64,000 nt of DNA from Sphingomonadaceae bacterium. GTDB taxonomy: Bacteria; Pseudomonadota; Alphaproteobacteria; Sphingomonadales; Sphingomonadaceae. A model generated the notes under the pieces. The model did not search any database, had not been told where the DNA came from, and was given only the letters and a program-made list of their open reading frames with translations. The stretch's first letter is position 1, and every line of letters starts with the position of its first letter. Shown in pieces: positions 46,272-55,789 of the stretch. The translations under genes and the position numbers were made by a program. The stretch lies in assembly GCA_965219235.1 (NCBI GenBank), contig OZ244721.1:2424573-2488572 (forward strand), written 5' to 3'.

Positions 46272-46359
46272 CGGATCACCTCCTTTCGCTGAATGAACAG
46301 GATCGCGCCCGGCTGGACGCGAGCGGCAATGTGAATCCTTCCGCGCGCCGGCGCAAGCC

Positions 46360-46890
46360 CTATCCGCGACAATCCTCCACAACCCGGAACGGCTCGGCCC
46401 AGGTCGGCACGATCAGCGGCTCGACCCCGGTGGCCGTGACGAGGACGCGCCCGCGCGAGAAGACCAGCCGGTTCAGGAAGTCGTCCGCCGCCGGCAGCGT
46501 CGCGGCGGCGCCCGGCAGCCCGTCGTCGGCGCGCGTGTCGAGGGTTCGCGCGCCATTGGTCGAGCGCACCTCCATCGACCCGGCCGCGGCGCCCGCGCGG
46601 GTCAGGCGGATCGTGCGGCTCGCGCGGTCGCAGGCGATCGCGAGGCGCGTCCCGCCGGCGCTCTCGCCCCACAGCGCCACGGTGCCGGTCGGCCCGGCGC
46701 GGTAGGTCCAGGCGCCGGCGCCGATCGGCGCCCGCAGCCAGTCGGTCGGCGGCGCGGCCGGCGCGGGGAGCGGCGCCGGCCGCGCCTGCGGACGCGGCGG
46801 CGGGGCCGGCTCCGGCGCGGGGGCGGCGCGCGGGACGCAGGCGCCCAGCGCGAGGAGAACGAGCGCGGCGGAGAGATGCGGACGGGTCAT
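46360..46890 (-). CDS. hypothetical lipoprotein
   Basis: ATG 46890 inside ORF 46360..47103. MTRPHLSAALVLLALGAC lipobox, Pro/Ala-rich linker, ~110-aa C-terminal domain. No family recognised. Confidence 0.6.
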   Translation of the reverse strand: MTRPHLSAALVLLALGACVPRAAPAPEPAPPPRPQARPAPLPAPAAPPTDWLRAPIGAGAWTYRAGPTGTVALWGESAGGTRLAIACDRASRTIRLTRAGAAAGSMEVRSTNGARTLDTRADDGLPGAAATLPAADDFLNRLVFSRGRVLVTATGVEPLIVPTWAEPFRVVEDCRG

Positions 46891-46922
46891 GCCCGCGTCT
46901 ATGGGCGAAGCGGCCGGCCCGC

Positions 46923-47462
46923 TCAACCGGGCGGACCGTCGCCGGCGGGCGCGGGTCTCCGGAAGCGGCGCACCGGCTCGTCGTGATAGCGCGCCGTGCC
47001 CCAGGCGCGGAAGCCCAGCTTTCCCGCAAGCGTGATCGAGGGGGCATTGTCCGGGTCGATCATCGCCACGACGGCGTTCGCGTTCGGTCCCGCGTCCAGC
47101 CACTCCAACACCGCCGTCATCGCCTCCACCGCGAAGCCCCGCCCCCAGGCCCAGTGGGCGAGCACCCAGCCCGCCTCCGGCACGCTGTCGAACGCGCGGC
47201 CCAGCCCACGCCTGCCCCTGAGCAGGGCGCAGTTGCCCACGAAGCGGCCGTCCGACGCGCGCTCGATCACGAACGGACCATGGCCGAACAGCGCCCAGCA
47301 GCCCGCGCCGCGAACGAAGCGGTTCCAGCTCTCCTCGGGCGTCTGCGGGCCACCCAGGTGGCGATGGACCGCTTCCGGCCCGACCAGCGCCGCCATGCGG
47401 GGTTCGTCGCCGAGCTCCGGTTGGCGCAGTCTCAACCGCTCCGTCGTCAGGACGACGCTCAC
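46923..47462 (-). CDS. GNAT N-acetyltransferase, RimJ/RimL-like
   Basis: C-terminal 179 codons of ORF 46923..48803. LTTERLRLRQPELGD N-terminus and HWAWGRGFAVEAM block typical of RimJ-like GNATs. GTG 47462 overlaps the upstream stop (GTGA); ATG 47477 is the alternative. Confidence 0.8.
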   Translation of the reverse strand: MSVVLTTERLRLRQPELGDEPRMAALVGPEAVHRHLGGPQTPEESWNRFVRGAGCWALFGHGPFVIERASDGRFVGNCALLRGRRGLGRAFDSVPEAGWVLAHWAWGRGFAVEAMTAVLEWLDAGPNANAVVAMIDPDNAPSITLAGKLGFRAWGTARYHDEPVRRFRRPAPAGDGPPG

Positions 47463-48745
47463 CCGCGCACCAGCCATTCGGCGGTGTAGAGCGTCAGCCC
47501 GACCAGTCCGCCCACCAGCGTGCCGTTGATGCGGATGTACTGGAGGTCGCGCCCGACCGCCTGCTCGACCCGGTCGGTCAGCGTCACCGCGTCCCAGCCG
47601 CGCACCGTGTCGGAGATCAGCCGCACCAGCCCGTCGCCATAGCGCGCCACCGCGCCCACGACGGTGCGCCGCGCCAGCCGGTTGAGCACCAGGCGCAGCC
47701 GCGCCTCGTTCATCAGCGCCGCGCCCAGCGCGCGCGTCGCCTCGCCCAGCGTGCCGGCGAGCACCGAGTCGGGATCTCGCGCGGCGGCCAGCATCCGGGC
47801 GCGCGCGCGGGTCCAGAGCCCGTCCAGCCAGGCGGCCATGGCGGGGTTGTCGATGAGCGCGGCCTTCATCCGCTCCACCCGCGCGCGCAGGGCGGGGTCG
47901 TGCTGCAGGTCGCGGGCGAGGCCGGCCAGCCCCTCCTCGATCCGCTGGCGCAGCGGGTGGTCGGCATCGGCGCTCGCGTCGGTCAGGAGCTTCCTGAGGC
48001 CGTTCAGGATGGCCGTGGCGACCGTCTCGTCCAGGCCGGTCAGCCGCAGGATGGCGTTGGACCGCTCGCGCACGACGTCGCGCACCAGCGCCTCGTTCGC
48101 GTCGAGGGTGTCGCGCGCCCAGCCGGCGACCGCTTCGATCACCGGCAGGTGGCGGCCCTCCGCGATCGCGGCGGCGACCGCTTGGCCCATCAGGGGCGAC
48201 ACCTCCGTCCGCTCCAGCCAGCCGCGCAGCTCGCGCTTGATCAGGCCGCCCAGCTGCGCGTCGTCGGTGGCGGTGAGGAGATCGGCCAGGATGCGCCCGC
48301 CCGCCTCGCGCAGCCGCCCGCCGCCCGCCAGCCGCGGCGCCTCCAGGAAGCGGCCGAGCGCCGCGGCGACGTCGATCCGCTGCATCCGTCGGGCGACCAC
48401 CTGCGGGATGAGGAAGTTCTGGCGCAGGAAGAGGGCCAGGCTGTCGCCCAGCCGGTCCTTGTTGCGCGGGATGATCGCGGTGTGGGGGATCGGCAGACCG
48501 AGCGGGTGGCGGAAGAGCGCGGTGACCGCGAACCAGTCGGCCAGGCCGCCGACCATGGCGGCCTCCGCGAACGCTTTCACGAAGTCCAGTCCGGCCACGC
48601 GGTCCTGTCCCCAGGCGGCGAGCACGAACACGGCCGCCATGACGCCCAGGAGGCCCGTCGCGGCGCGCCGCATGGAGGCGAGGCCGCCCGCCGATCCGGG
48701 CGGCGACCAGACGATGCGTGGAACGCGGTTGGAGGCCGTGATCAC
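47459..48745 (-). CDS. DUF445 domain membrane protein
   Basis: Signature GGLADWFAVTALFRHPLGLPIPHTAIIPRNKDRLG plus C-terminal YIRINGTLVGGLVG. GTG start overlaps the RND gene stop (GTGA). Confidence 0.8.
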   Translation of the reverse strand: MITASNRVPRIVWSPPGSAGGLASMRRAATGLLGVMAAVFVLAAWGQDRVAGLDFVKAFAEAAMVGGLADWFAVTALFRHPLGLPIPHTAIIPRNKDRLGDSLALFLRQNFLIPQVVARRMQRIDVAAALGRFLEAPRLAGGGRLREAGGRILADLLTATDDAQLGGLIKRELRGWLERTEVSPLMGQAVAAAIAEGRHLPVIEAVAGWARDTLDANEALVRDVVRERSNAILRLTGLDETVATAILNGLRKLLTDASADADHPLRQRIEEGLAGLARDLQHDPALRARVERMKAALIDNPAMAAWLDGLWTRARARMLAAARDPDSVLAGTLGEATRALGAALMNEARLRLVLNRLARRTVVGAVARYGDGLVRLISDTVRGWDAVTLTDRVEQAVGRDLQYIRINGTLVGGLVGLTLYTAEWLVRG

Positions 48746-51700
48746 TCCGCCGGCTGGGCGACGGGCGCGGCGCCGGGCTCCGCCATGGCGCGGGTGTCGT
48801 CACCCGGACGATAGCTCAGGATGCGGCCGAACTTCGGACCCAGCCACTTCTCGAAGCTGTCGGCCAGGCTGAAGGAGGCCGGCACGATGAGCAGCGTCAG
48901 GATCGTGGACACGATCAGCCCGCCGATCACCACCGTGCCCATCGGCGCGCGCCACGCGCCGTCGCCCGACAGCGACAGCGCGGTCGGCACCATGCCCGCC
49001 ACCATGGCGATGGTGGTCATCACGATCGGCTGGGCGCGCTTGCGGCCCGCGTCCACGATCGCGGTGTCCTTGTCGACGCCGGCGTGCATCTCCTCGAGCG
49101 CGAAGTCGATCAAGAGGATCGAGTTCTTGCCGACGATGCCGATCAGCATCAGCATCCCGATATAGACCGCGATCGAGAAGGGCTGGCCGACGATCAGGAG
49201 CGCGATCAGCCCGCCCAACGGGGCCAGCAGCAGCGAGCCCATGTTGACGAGCGGCGACATGAACCGCTTGTAGAGCAGCACGAGCACCGCGAAGACCAGG
49301 AGCACGCCCGACACGATGGCGATGGCGAAGTCGACGACGAACTCGGCCTGCCACTGGTCCTCGCCCACCGCCTTGTTGGTGACGCCATTGGGCAGGTCGC
49401 GCATGATCGGCAGCGCGTCGATCGCCTTCGTGGCGTCGCTCTTCACCACGTCGGGCGCCAGATCGGCTCCGACGAACACGCGGCGCTGCTGGTTGTAGCG
49501 TTCGATCGTGGTCGGGCCGGAGGAGAAGGACAGCTCCGCCACCCGGCCGAGCGGCACCGAACCGCCATTGGCCATCGGCACCGGCAGGTTGGCGATGGTG
49601 GAGATGTCGCGGCGCGAGCTTTCCGGCAGCATCACCCGGATCGGCACCTGCCGGTCGGACAGCGAGAATTTGGCGCTGTTCTGGTCGATGTCGCCCAGCG
49701 TCGCGATGCGGATCGTCTGGGACAAGGCCTGGGTCGACACGCCCATCGACGCGGCGAGCTCCTGCCGGGGCCGCACGATCAGCTCGGGGCGCTTCAGGTC
49801 CGCCTTGACGCGCGGCGCCTGCACCTGCGGCAGCCGGCTCATCTGCTGGACCAGCGTGGCGGCGGTGCGGTTGAGGAGCGCCGGGTCGGAGCCCGCCAGC
49901 ATGATCGAGATCGCCCGGCCCGAGCCCGGCCCGCCGCGACGCTCCTGGAAGCTCACCCGCGCGTCGGGCACCGCCTGCAGCTTGGGCGCGACCCGGCGCT
50001 GGAACTCCTGGCTGGTGGTCTCGCGGTCCTTCTTCAGCGTGATGTTGACCGAGCCCGAGCCCTCGCTCGCGAAGATGCGGGTGCTCTCGACCTCCGGCTC
50101 GCGCTTGAGCAGCGTCTCGACGCGCTTGGCGACGGCGTAGGTCTGCGTCAGCGTGGTGCCGGGCACCATCTCGATCTGCGCGCGCGCGGAGTCCTCGTTG
50201 GTGTCGGGCTCGAACTGCTGCGGGATCTGGCTGCCGATCGCGATCGTGAGCAGGAACATGAGCGCGCCGACACCGGCGATCCACATCCGGTGGTCGAGGA
50301 ACAGCGCCGCGAAGCGCCGCCACCCGCCGCGCGCCGCGAAGGCCAGCGCCCGCCTGCGGTCGAGCGACCAGCGCAGCACGCCCAGATAGCGCTCCTTCAG
50401 CCGGCTCTCGCCATGCTCGGCCGCCCCGTGCGCCTTCAGGAAATAGGCGGCGATCATCGGCGTGATCATGCGCGCCACCGCCAGGCTGGTCAGCACCGCG
50501 GCCACCACGGTGAAGCCGAAGTTCTTGAAGAACTGGCCGGAGATGCCTGGCATCAGGCCGACGGGCAGGAACACGGCCACGATCGACATGGTGGTCGCCA
50601 CCACCGCCAGCCCGATCTCGTCGGCGGCGTCGATGGAGGCCTGATAGGCGGTCTTCCCCATGCGCATGTGGCGCACGATGTTCTCGATCTCCACGATCGC
50701 GTCGTCGACCAGCACGCCGGCCACCAGTCCCAGCGCCAGCAGGCTCAAGGAGTTCAGGTTGAAGCCCATGAGGTCCATGAACCAGAAGGTCGGGATCGCC
50801 GACAGCGGGATGGCGATCGCGCTGATCAGCGTGGCGCGCCAGTCGCGCAGGAACAGGAACACGACGACCACCGCCAGCACCGCGCCCTCGATCATCGCCG
50901 CGATCGAGCTGTGATACTGCCCCTTGGTGTAGTCGACATCGTTCGACAGCGCCTTGAACGCGAGGCCGGGATTCTCCTTGGTGATGTCGTCCATCGCCTT
51001 CACCGCCTCGTCATAGACAGTGACGTCGGAGGCCTCCTTGGTGCGGCTCATGTTGAAGATGACGGTGTCGCGCCCGTCCATCTCCGCCAGCCGCGTGCGC
51101 TCCGACGTGCCGTCGGTGACGCTGGCCACGTCGTCCAGCCGCGCCGTGCGCCCGCCGGGCAGCGGGATCAGCGACTGGCCGAGCGCGTAGGCCGAGGCGG
51201 CGTTGCCCAGCACGCGCACCGACTGGCGCGACCCCGCGATCTCCGCCTGTCCGCCGCCGGAGTTGAGGTTGGTGCCGCGCAGCACCTGGTTGATCTGCGC
51301 CGCGGTGACGCCCAGCGACTGCATCCGGGCGGGGTCGAGCGTCACGCGGATCTCGCGGTCGACGCCGCCCAGCCGGTCGACCGCGGCCATGCCCTCGATC
51401 GACAGCAGGCGCTTGGCGACGGTGTCGTCGACGTACCAGGACAGCTGCTCCAGCGTCATGTCGGGCGCGCTGACCGCGAAATAGCCGATCGGGCGGGCCG
51501 AGGTCTCCTCCTTGGACACGCGGGGCTCCAGGATGCCGTCGGGCAGCTCGCCGCGAATCTGGGCGATGGCGGAATTGACCTCGTTGACCGCCACGTTGGT
51601 GTCGACGCCGATCTCGAACTCGACGCCGGTGTACGAGTTGCCCTCGCTGGCCGACGACGAGATGTTCTTGACGCCGGTGATGCCGCGCACCGCGGCCTCG

Positions 51701-51909
51701 ACCCGCTGGGTGATCTGGTTCTCGATCTCGGTGGGCGCCGCGCCCGGCTGCGAGATGGAGACGTTGACGAACGGGAACTCGACATTGGGGTCGTTGACGA
51801 CGTTCATCCGCGCGAAGCTCATGATGCCGAGCAGCAGCAGCGCGGTGAAGATCACCAGCGGCACCACCGGGTTGCGGATCGACCAGGCGGAGATGTTGCG
51901 GAAGTTCAC
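48742..51909 (-). CDS. efflux RND transporter permease subunit (AcrB/HAE-type)
   Basis: GTG 51909 inside ORF 48742..53022 ([21 protein letters not shown]...). 1055 aa, 12-TM RND architecture with two large periplasmic loops, [13 protein letters not shown] motif. Confidence 0.95.
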   Translation of the reverse strand: MNFRNISAWSIRNPVVPLVIFTALLLLGIMSFARMNVVNDPNVEFPFVNVSISQPGAAPTEIENQITQRVEAAVRGITGVKNISSSASEGNSYTGVEFEIGVDTNVAVNEVNSAIAQIRGELPDGILEPRVSKEETSARPIGYFAVSAPDMTLEQLSWYVDDTVAKRLLSIEGMAAVDRLGGVDREIRVTLDPARMQSLGVTAAQINQVLRGTNLNSGGGQAEIAGSRQSVRVLGNAASAYALGQSLIPLPGGRTARLDDVASVTDGTSERTRLAEMDGRDTVIFNMSRTKEASDVTVYDEAVKAMDDITKENPGLAFKALSNDVDYTKGQYHSSIAAMIEGAVLAVVVVFLFLRDWRATLISAIAIPLSAIPTFWFMDLMGFNLNSLSLLALGLVAGVLVDDAIVEIENIVRHMRMGKTAYQASIDAADEIGLAVVATTMSIVAVFLPVGLMPGISGQFFKNFGFTVVAAVLTSLAVARMITPMIAAYFLKAHGAAEHGESRLKERYLGVLRWSLDRRRALAFAARGGWRRFAALFLDHRMWIAGVGALMFLLTIAIGSQIPQQFEPDTNEDSARAQIEMVPGTTLTQTYAVAKRVETLLKREPEVESTRIFASEGSGSVNITLKKDRETTSQEFQRRVAPKLQAVPDARVSFQERRGGPGSGRAISIMLAGSDPALLNRTAATLVQQMSRLPQVQAPRVKADLKRPELIVRPRQELAASMGVSTQALSQTIRIATLGDIDQNSAKFSLSDRQVPIRVMLPESSRRDISTIANLPVPMANGGSVPLGRVAELSFSSGPTTIERYNQQRRVFVGADLAPDVVKSDATKAIDALPIMRDLPNGVTNKAVGEDQWQAEFVVDFAIAIVSGVLLVFAVLVLLYKRFMSPLVNMGSLLLAPLGGLIALLIVGQPFSIAVYIGMLMLIGIVGKNSILLIDFALEEMHAGVDKDTAIVDAGRKRAQPIVMTTIAMVAGMVPTALSLSGDGAWRAPMGTVVIGGLIVSTILTLLIVPASFSLADSFEKWLGPKFGRILSYRPGDDTRAMAEPGAAPVAQPAE

Positions 51910-53108
51910 GGGCGCAGGCTCGCCGGCGTCACCCGCTGGGGCTTGACGGTGTCGCCGGGCGACAGGAAGCCGCCGGCGAACAGGATCACCGGCTCGCGCC
52001 CGTTCAGGCCCTCCGCGATCGACACACCGCTGGCGGTCACCGCCCCCAGGGTGACCGCGCGGCGCTCGACCTTGTCGCCCGCGCCCACGATCAGCACGTA
52101 GGCCCCCTTGTCGTCGTTCTGGATGGCGGAGACCGGCAGCACCGGCAGGTCGGCCCCGCCGGCGTCGATCCGCGCGGTGGCGAAGCCGCCGGGCCGGAGC
52201 GCGGCGTCGTAGCGCAGCGCGATCCGCGCGATGCCCTGGCGGCTGGCGGGGTCGACGGTCTGGGCGATCTGCCACACCTGCCCGTCGAAGACGCGGTCCA
52301 GCCCCACCGGCGTCACCCTGGCGGGCACGCCGACCGACAGCTGCGCCAGGTCCGCCTCGTTCAGTTGCGCGCGCATCTCCAGCTGGCCACCCTCCGCCAT
52401 GGTGAACAGCGGCGGCGAGCCGGCGGAGATGACCTGCCCGATCTCGACGCTGCGGGACAGGATCAGGCCCGCCGAAGGCGCGGCGATGTTCAGCCGCGCG
52501 GTGCGCGCCTCGGCCTCGCGCACGGCGGCCTGCGCCGCGCCGACCCGCGCGCGGGCGGCGTCGCGGGTGGCGGTCTTTCGATCGATGTCGGCCTTGGAGA
52601 TGAAGCCGCGCTCGACCAGCTGCAGCGCCCGGTCGAGTTCGCTCTGGGCGAGCCTGAGGTCGGCCTCCGCCACGCCGATCTGCGCGCGCAGCCCGGCGAT
52701 CTGCTGCGCCTGAACCGCGCGGTCCACCACCACGAGCGTCTGGCCCTTCCGCACCCACGAGCCGGCGTCGACCAGCACCGCGGTCACCCGCCCGCCCTCG
52801 CCGACCACGCCGACCGGCACCTCGCGCCGGGCGGCGAGCGTGCCGCTGGCGGTGAGCGTGCGCTGGACCCCGGAGCGGCCGGGCACCGCCACGCTGACCA
52901 CCTGGGCAGCGGTGGCGGGCGGTCCGTCTGCCGCGGCCTGCGTCGCCGCGGCGTCGCGGCCGGAGACGTACCAGGCAACGAGCGCGGCGACCGCCAGCAG
53001 GGCGAGCGCCACGGCGATCCACGCGCCCCGGCCCAACCGTCGGCGTTCGGGAGCGATCCCGTCCAGCGGAGCCGCATCGGACAGATCAATGCGCCGTTCG
53101 ATGTTCAT
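51906..53108 (-). CDS. efflux RND periplasmic adaptor (membrane fusion) subunit
   Basis: ATG 53108 inside ORF 51906..53129. TM anchor, lipoyl/alpha-hairpin/beta-barrel order (coiled-coil ADLRLAQSELDRALQL...REAEARTARL). The stop overlaps the RND start (GTGA). Confidence 0.9.
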   Translation of the reverse strand: MNIERRIDLSDAAPLDGIAPERRRLGRGAWIAVALALLAVAALVAWYVSGRDAAATQAAADGPPATAAQVVSVAVPGRSGVQRTLTASGTLAARREVPVGVVGEGGRVTAVLVDAGSWVRKGQTLVVVDRAVQAQQIAGLRAQIGVAEADLRLAQSELDRALQLVERGFISKADIDRKTATRDAARARVGAAQAAVREAEARTARLNIAAPSAGLILSRSVEIGQVISAGSPPLFTMAEGGQLEMRAQLNEADLAQLSVGVPARVTPVGLDRVFDGQVWQIAQTVDPASRQGIARIALRYDAALRPGGFATARIDAGGADLPVLPVSAIQNDDKGAYVLIVGAGDKVERRAVTLGAVTASGVSIAEGLNGREPVILFAGGFLSPGDTVKPQRVTPASLRP

Positions 53109-53219
53109 CACCGCCACCTTGTCGTCCAATCCCGCCGGAGTGTGTTACATCACTACGGCACCATGGCAAAGCCACGCCGTCTGCGCAAGCAGCGTGGATT
53201 CCGGCGCCATAACAGCGAA

Positions 53220-53250
53220 GGCCCGGCCCCGCCAGAGGCGGGACCGGGCC
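53220..53250 (-). terminator. putative intrinsic terminator after the glsB-like gene
   Basis: Minus strand GGCCCGGTCCCGCC-TCT-GGCGGGGCCGGGCC followed by TTCGCTGTT (weak U tract), 25 nt after the stop. Confidence 0.5.
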
Positions 53251-53274
53251 GATCGGTGTTCCTGGTCCGAAGTC

Positions 53275-53532
53275 TTACCGGACGGAACCGCGTCGGAACA
53301 GATTGACGATCGCCAGCAGGACGACGGCACCGACGAGCGACCAGAGGAACGATCCGATCGTGATCTGGTCATTGAGGGAGCCACCGTTGATGATCAGGCC
53401 GGCGATGAACGCGCCGACGATGCCGACGATGATGTTGAGAAAAATGCCCTGTTGCGCGTCGGTTCGCATGATGATGCTCGCGAGCCAGCCGCAGACACCA
53501 CCGACGATCAGCCAAATGATAATTCCGATCAT
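53275..53532 (-). CDS. GlsB/YeaQ/YmgE family stress-response membrane protein
   Basis: 85 aa, three TM helices. The GIIIWLIVGGVCGWLA...GIVGAFIAG pattern is typical of the transglycosylase-associated (GlsB) family. Confidence 0.85.
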   Translation of the reverse strand: MIGIIIWLIVGGVCGWLASIIMRTDAQQGIFLNIIVGIVGAFIAGLIINGGSLNDQITIGSFLWSLVGAVVLLAIVNLFRRGSVR

Positions 53533-53583
53533 GAACTTGTCCTCCCGTTAGTGGCAGTCCACCGACCGCCGAACGGAAGTCAG

Positions 53584-53608
53584 AACGAGGCTGGGCGGAT
53601 GAGGTTCC
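53584..53608 (-). promoter_or_regulatory. putative sigma-EcfG (general stress response) promoter
   Basis: Minus strand GGAAC-CTCATCCGCCCAGCCT-CGTT. This is an exact match to the alphaproteobacterial EcfG consensus GGAAC-N16-CGTT, with the -10 element 51 nt upstream of the glsB-like ATG. Confidence 0.6.
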
Positions 53609-53653
53609 AATGCCTGCGACGGACGGAGTGACCGGGACCGTGTTCGAGCCGAT

Positions 53654-53953
53654 CTAGAAGCGCTGCTGGCGCTCGTACTCCTTGCGATAGGACTGGATTC
53701 GCGTGACGCGCAGACCTTTCATTCCGGATCGATCGACCGCGCGCTGCCAGCTGGCGAACTCCTCGGGCGTCAGGCCGTAGCGCTCGCACGCCTCCTCCTG
53801 GGTGAGCAGCCCTCCGGTGACCGCGGCCACGACCTCCGCCTTGCGTCGCACCACCCAGCGGGAGGTGTCGGGCGACGGCAGGGTCTCGAGCGTCAGCGGC
53901 TCGCCCAGCGGTCCGATGACCTGCGCGGGACGGAAGGATTTTTCATGGATCAT
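53654..53953 (-). CDS. DUF1153 domain protein (SciP-like small transcription regulator)
   Basis: 99 aa. RWVVRRKAEVVAAVTGGLLTQEEACERYGLTPEEFASWQ matches the DUF1153 helix-turn-helix pattern of the family that, to my recollection, includes Caulobacter SciP. Confidence 0.75.
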   Translation of the reverse strand: MIHEKSFRPAQVIGPLGEPLTLETLPSPDTSRWVVRRKAEVVAAVTGGLLTQEEACERYGLTPEEFASWQRAVDRSGMKGLRVTRIQSYRKEYERQQRF

Positions 53954-54043
53954 GTGCGCTCTCGCGGGCGAAGGGGGCCGCCGGTCGGGTCGGTGGAGGA
54001 AGGGGTTCGGGGTAGATCGATAGACTGACCGCCGGCTAAACCG

Positions 54044-54070
54044 CCATGGTGAATCGGCCGTTCACCATGG
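54044..54070. promoter_or_regulatory. perfect 10-bp inverted repeat, candidate operator
   Basis: CCATGGTGAA-TCGGCCG-TTCACCATGG, 91-117 nt upstream of the DUF1153 gene start. Each arm contains TTCACCAT, one mismatch from the CtrA half-site 8-mer TTAACCAT. Confidence 0.35.
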
Positions 54071-54390
54071 TCCGGAGCGCCGGGTCGCCCGCCCGTCGCG
54101 GTCGAACGGGCGGCCAGGCCGTTCTCCGCGAATCCGCCCGAGCCTCCGCCCCCGTCGACCCGCGCCTGAGCGCGGCCGGTGGGGGTCAGCGCCGCGCAGG
54201 TGGCCAGCCCGGCGGTCAGCGCCGCGAAATCGACCGGCGACGCCTCTTCGCGCGGCGGGCGACCCTGGAGGCTTGGAAAGGGATGGGTCAGGTCCATCGC
54301 CCGCCGCCCTACCCCGCCAACCGCTAAGACGGTGTAAAGCGGTCGACCGTCGCCCGCGACAGGCCGGCCGCCGGCCGCTAAGGGGAGGGC

Positions 54391-55527
54391 ATGTCCGACG
54401 ATCCGCTCCCCGACCTTGCGCGCTGGCGTGGCCGCCGGCTGGCCGTCGCCATGTCCGGCGGCGTCGACTCGTCGGTCGTCGCCGCGCTGGCCGCGCGTGG
54501 CGGCGCGGAGGTGGTGGGCCTCACGCTCCAGCTCTACGATCACGGGGCGGCGACCGGGCGGGCGGGCGCGTGCTGCGCCGGGCGCGACATCCGCGACGCC
54601 CGCGCGGTCGCCGACCGGCTGGGCTTCGCGCACTACGTCTTCGACCACCGGAGCGCGTTCCGCCGGTCGGTCGTGGACGATTTCGCCGACAGCTACGTCG
54701 CGGGCCGCACGCCGCTGCCCTGCGTGCGGTGCAACATGGGGGTGAAGTTCACCGACCTGCTGCGCCTCGCGCGCGAATTGGGGGCCGAGGCGCTGGCGAC
54801 CGGCCATTACGTCCGCCGGGTCGAGGGTCGGCACGGGCCGGAGCTGCACCGCGCCATCGATCCGGCGCGCGACCAGAGCTACTTCCTGTTCGCCACCACG
54901 CGCGAGCAGCTCTCCTTCCTGCGCTTTCCGCTGGGCGATCTCCCCAAGGCCGAGGTCCGTCGCATCGCCGCCGGGATGGAGCTGGGGGTGGCGGCCAAGC
55001 CCGACAGCCAGGACATCTGCTTCGTGCCCGACGGCGACTACGCCGCGCTCGTGAAGCGCCTGCGTCCGGAGGCCGACCGGCCCGGCGAAATCGTGGACGA
55101 GGGCGGCCGCGTGCTGGGCCGCCATCGCGGGCTGGTCCACTTCACGATCGGCCAGCGGCGCGGGCTGGAGCTGGGCGGCCGGGCCGAGCCGCTCTACGTC
55201 GTGCGGCTGGAGCCGGAGGCGGGCCGCGTCGTGGTCGGCCCGCGCGCCGCGCTGGCGGTGGCGGCGCTGAGCGTGGAGGAGGCCAGCTGGCTGGCCGACG
55301 ACCGCGACGGCGCGGTGGCCGTCAAGGTGCGCTCCATGGCCCCCCCGGTGCCCGCCACGCTGGCGGGCGACCGGGTGGCGTTCGACCGCCCCGAGCACGG
55401 CGTGGCGCCGGGCCAGGCGGCGGTGGTCTATCGGGGATCCCAGGTGCTCGGCGGCGGCTGGATCGCGGCGACCGAGGGGGCGGGGTCGCGGGGCCTGGAG
55501 CGGGTGGCGGCGGAGGTGGGGGGTTGA
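54391..55527 (+). CDS. mnmA: tRNA 2-thiouridine(34) synthase
   Basis: PP-loop [11 protein letters not shown], catalytic Cys contexts ACCAGRD and PCVRCN, full length 378 aa. Confidence 0.95.
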   Translation: MSDDPLPDLARWRGRRLAVAMSGGVDSSVVAALAARGGAEVVGLTLQLYDHGAATGRAGACCAGRDIRDARAVADRLGFAHYVFDHRSAFRRSVVDDFADSYVAGRTPLPCVRCNMGVKFTDLLRLARELGAEALATGHYVRRVEGRHGPELHRAIDPARDQSYFLFATTREQLSFLRFPLGDLPKAEVRRIAAGMELGVAAKPDSQDICFVPDGDYAALVKRLRPEADRPGEIVDEGGRVLGRHRGLVHFTIGQRRGLELGGRAEPLYVVRLEPEAGRVVVGPRAALAVAALSVEEASWLADDRDGAVAVKVRSMAPPVPATLAGDRVAFDRPEHGVAPGQAAVVYRGSQVLGGGWIAATEGAGSRGLERVAAEVGG

Positions 55528-55711
55528 GGGGTGGAGGGGCGTCAGGACCTCACGACGCCAGGGCGAGTGCGGGTCTGGTGGCGACGGAGCCAGGACGCGA
55601 TGCAAGCTCGGGAAGGTAGGGCGGTCCATTGAATGGCGATCACTGGTGGTGAGCGGTCCGTCCGCTTGGCAACCCTCTCCCCTGAAGGGGATCGTTGCGG
55701 TATTGCAGATC

Positions 55712-55789
55712 GTCATCCCCGCGAAGGCGGGGATCCAGGCTCCCATCTCCGCCCGGCGGTGCATGGATCCCCGCTTTCGCGGGGATGAC
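55712..55789. repeat. REP-C palindromic repeat
   Basis: GTCATCCCCGCGAAGGCGGGGATCCAGG...CATGGATCCCCGCTTTCGCGGGGATGAC. Each arm is itself a hairpin (CCCCGC-GAAG-GCGGGG). Flanked by REP-A-like half hairpins at about 55672-55695 and 55812-55826. Confidence 0.8.

Noticed and set aside
46273-46287. GGATCACCTCCTTTC as the 3' end of a 16S rRNA gene
   Set aside because: The flanking sequence has no similarity to 16S helices 44/45 (no GTAACCGTAGG... context). It is interpreted instead as an extended Shine-Dalgarno on the opposite strand.
49084-52101. 1005-aa plus-strand ORF
   Set aside because: It is antisense to the RND permease gene and has Arg/His/Asp-rich nonsense composition.
53950-54296. Possible 115-codon minus-strand ORF (MDLTHPFPSLQGRPPREEASPVDFAALTAGLATCAALT...) overlapping the SciP-like start
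   Set aside because: The first ~75 codons have fairly high GC3 and a lipobox-like LATC. However, the second half drops to about 60% GC3, the ORF contains the 27-bp palindrome, I saw no Shine-Dalgarno and I recognise no family. It is kept only as a note in the findings.
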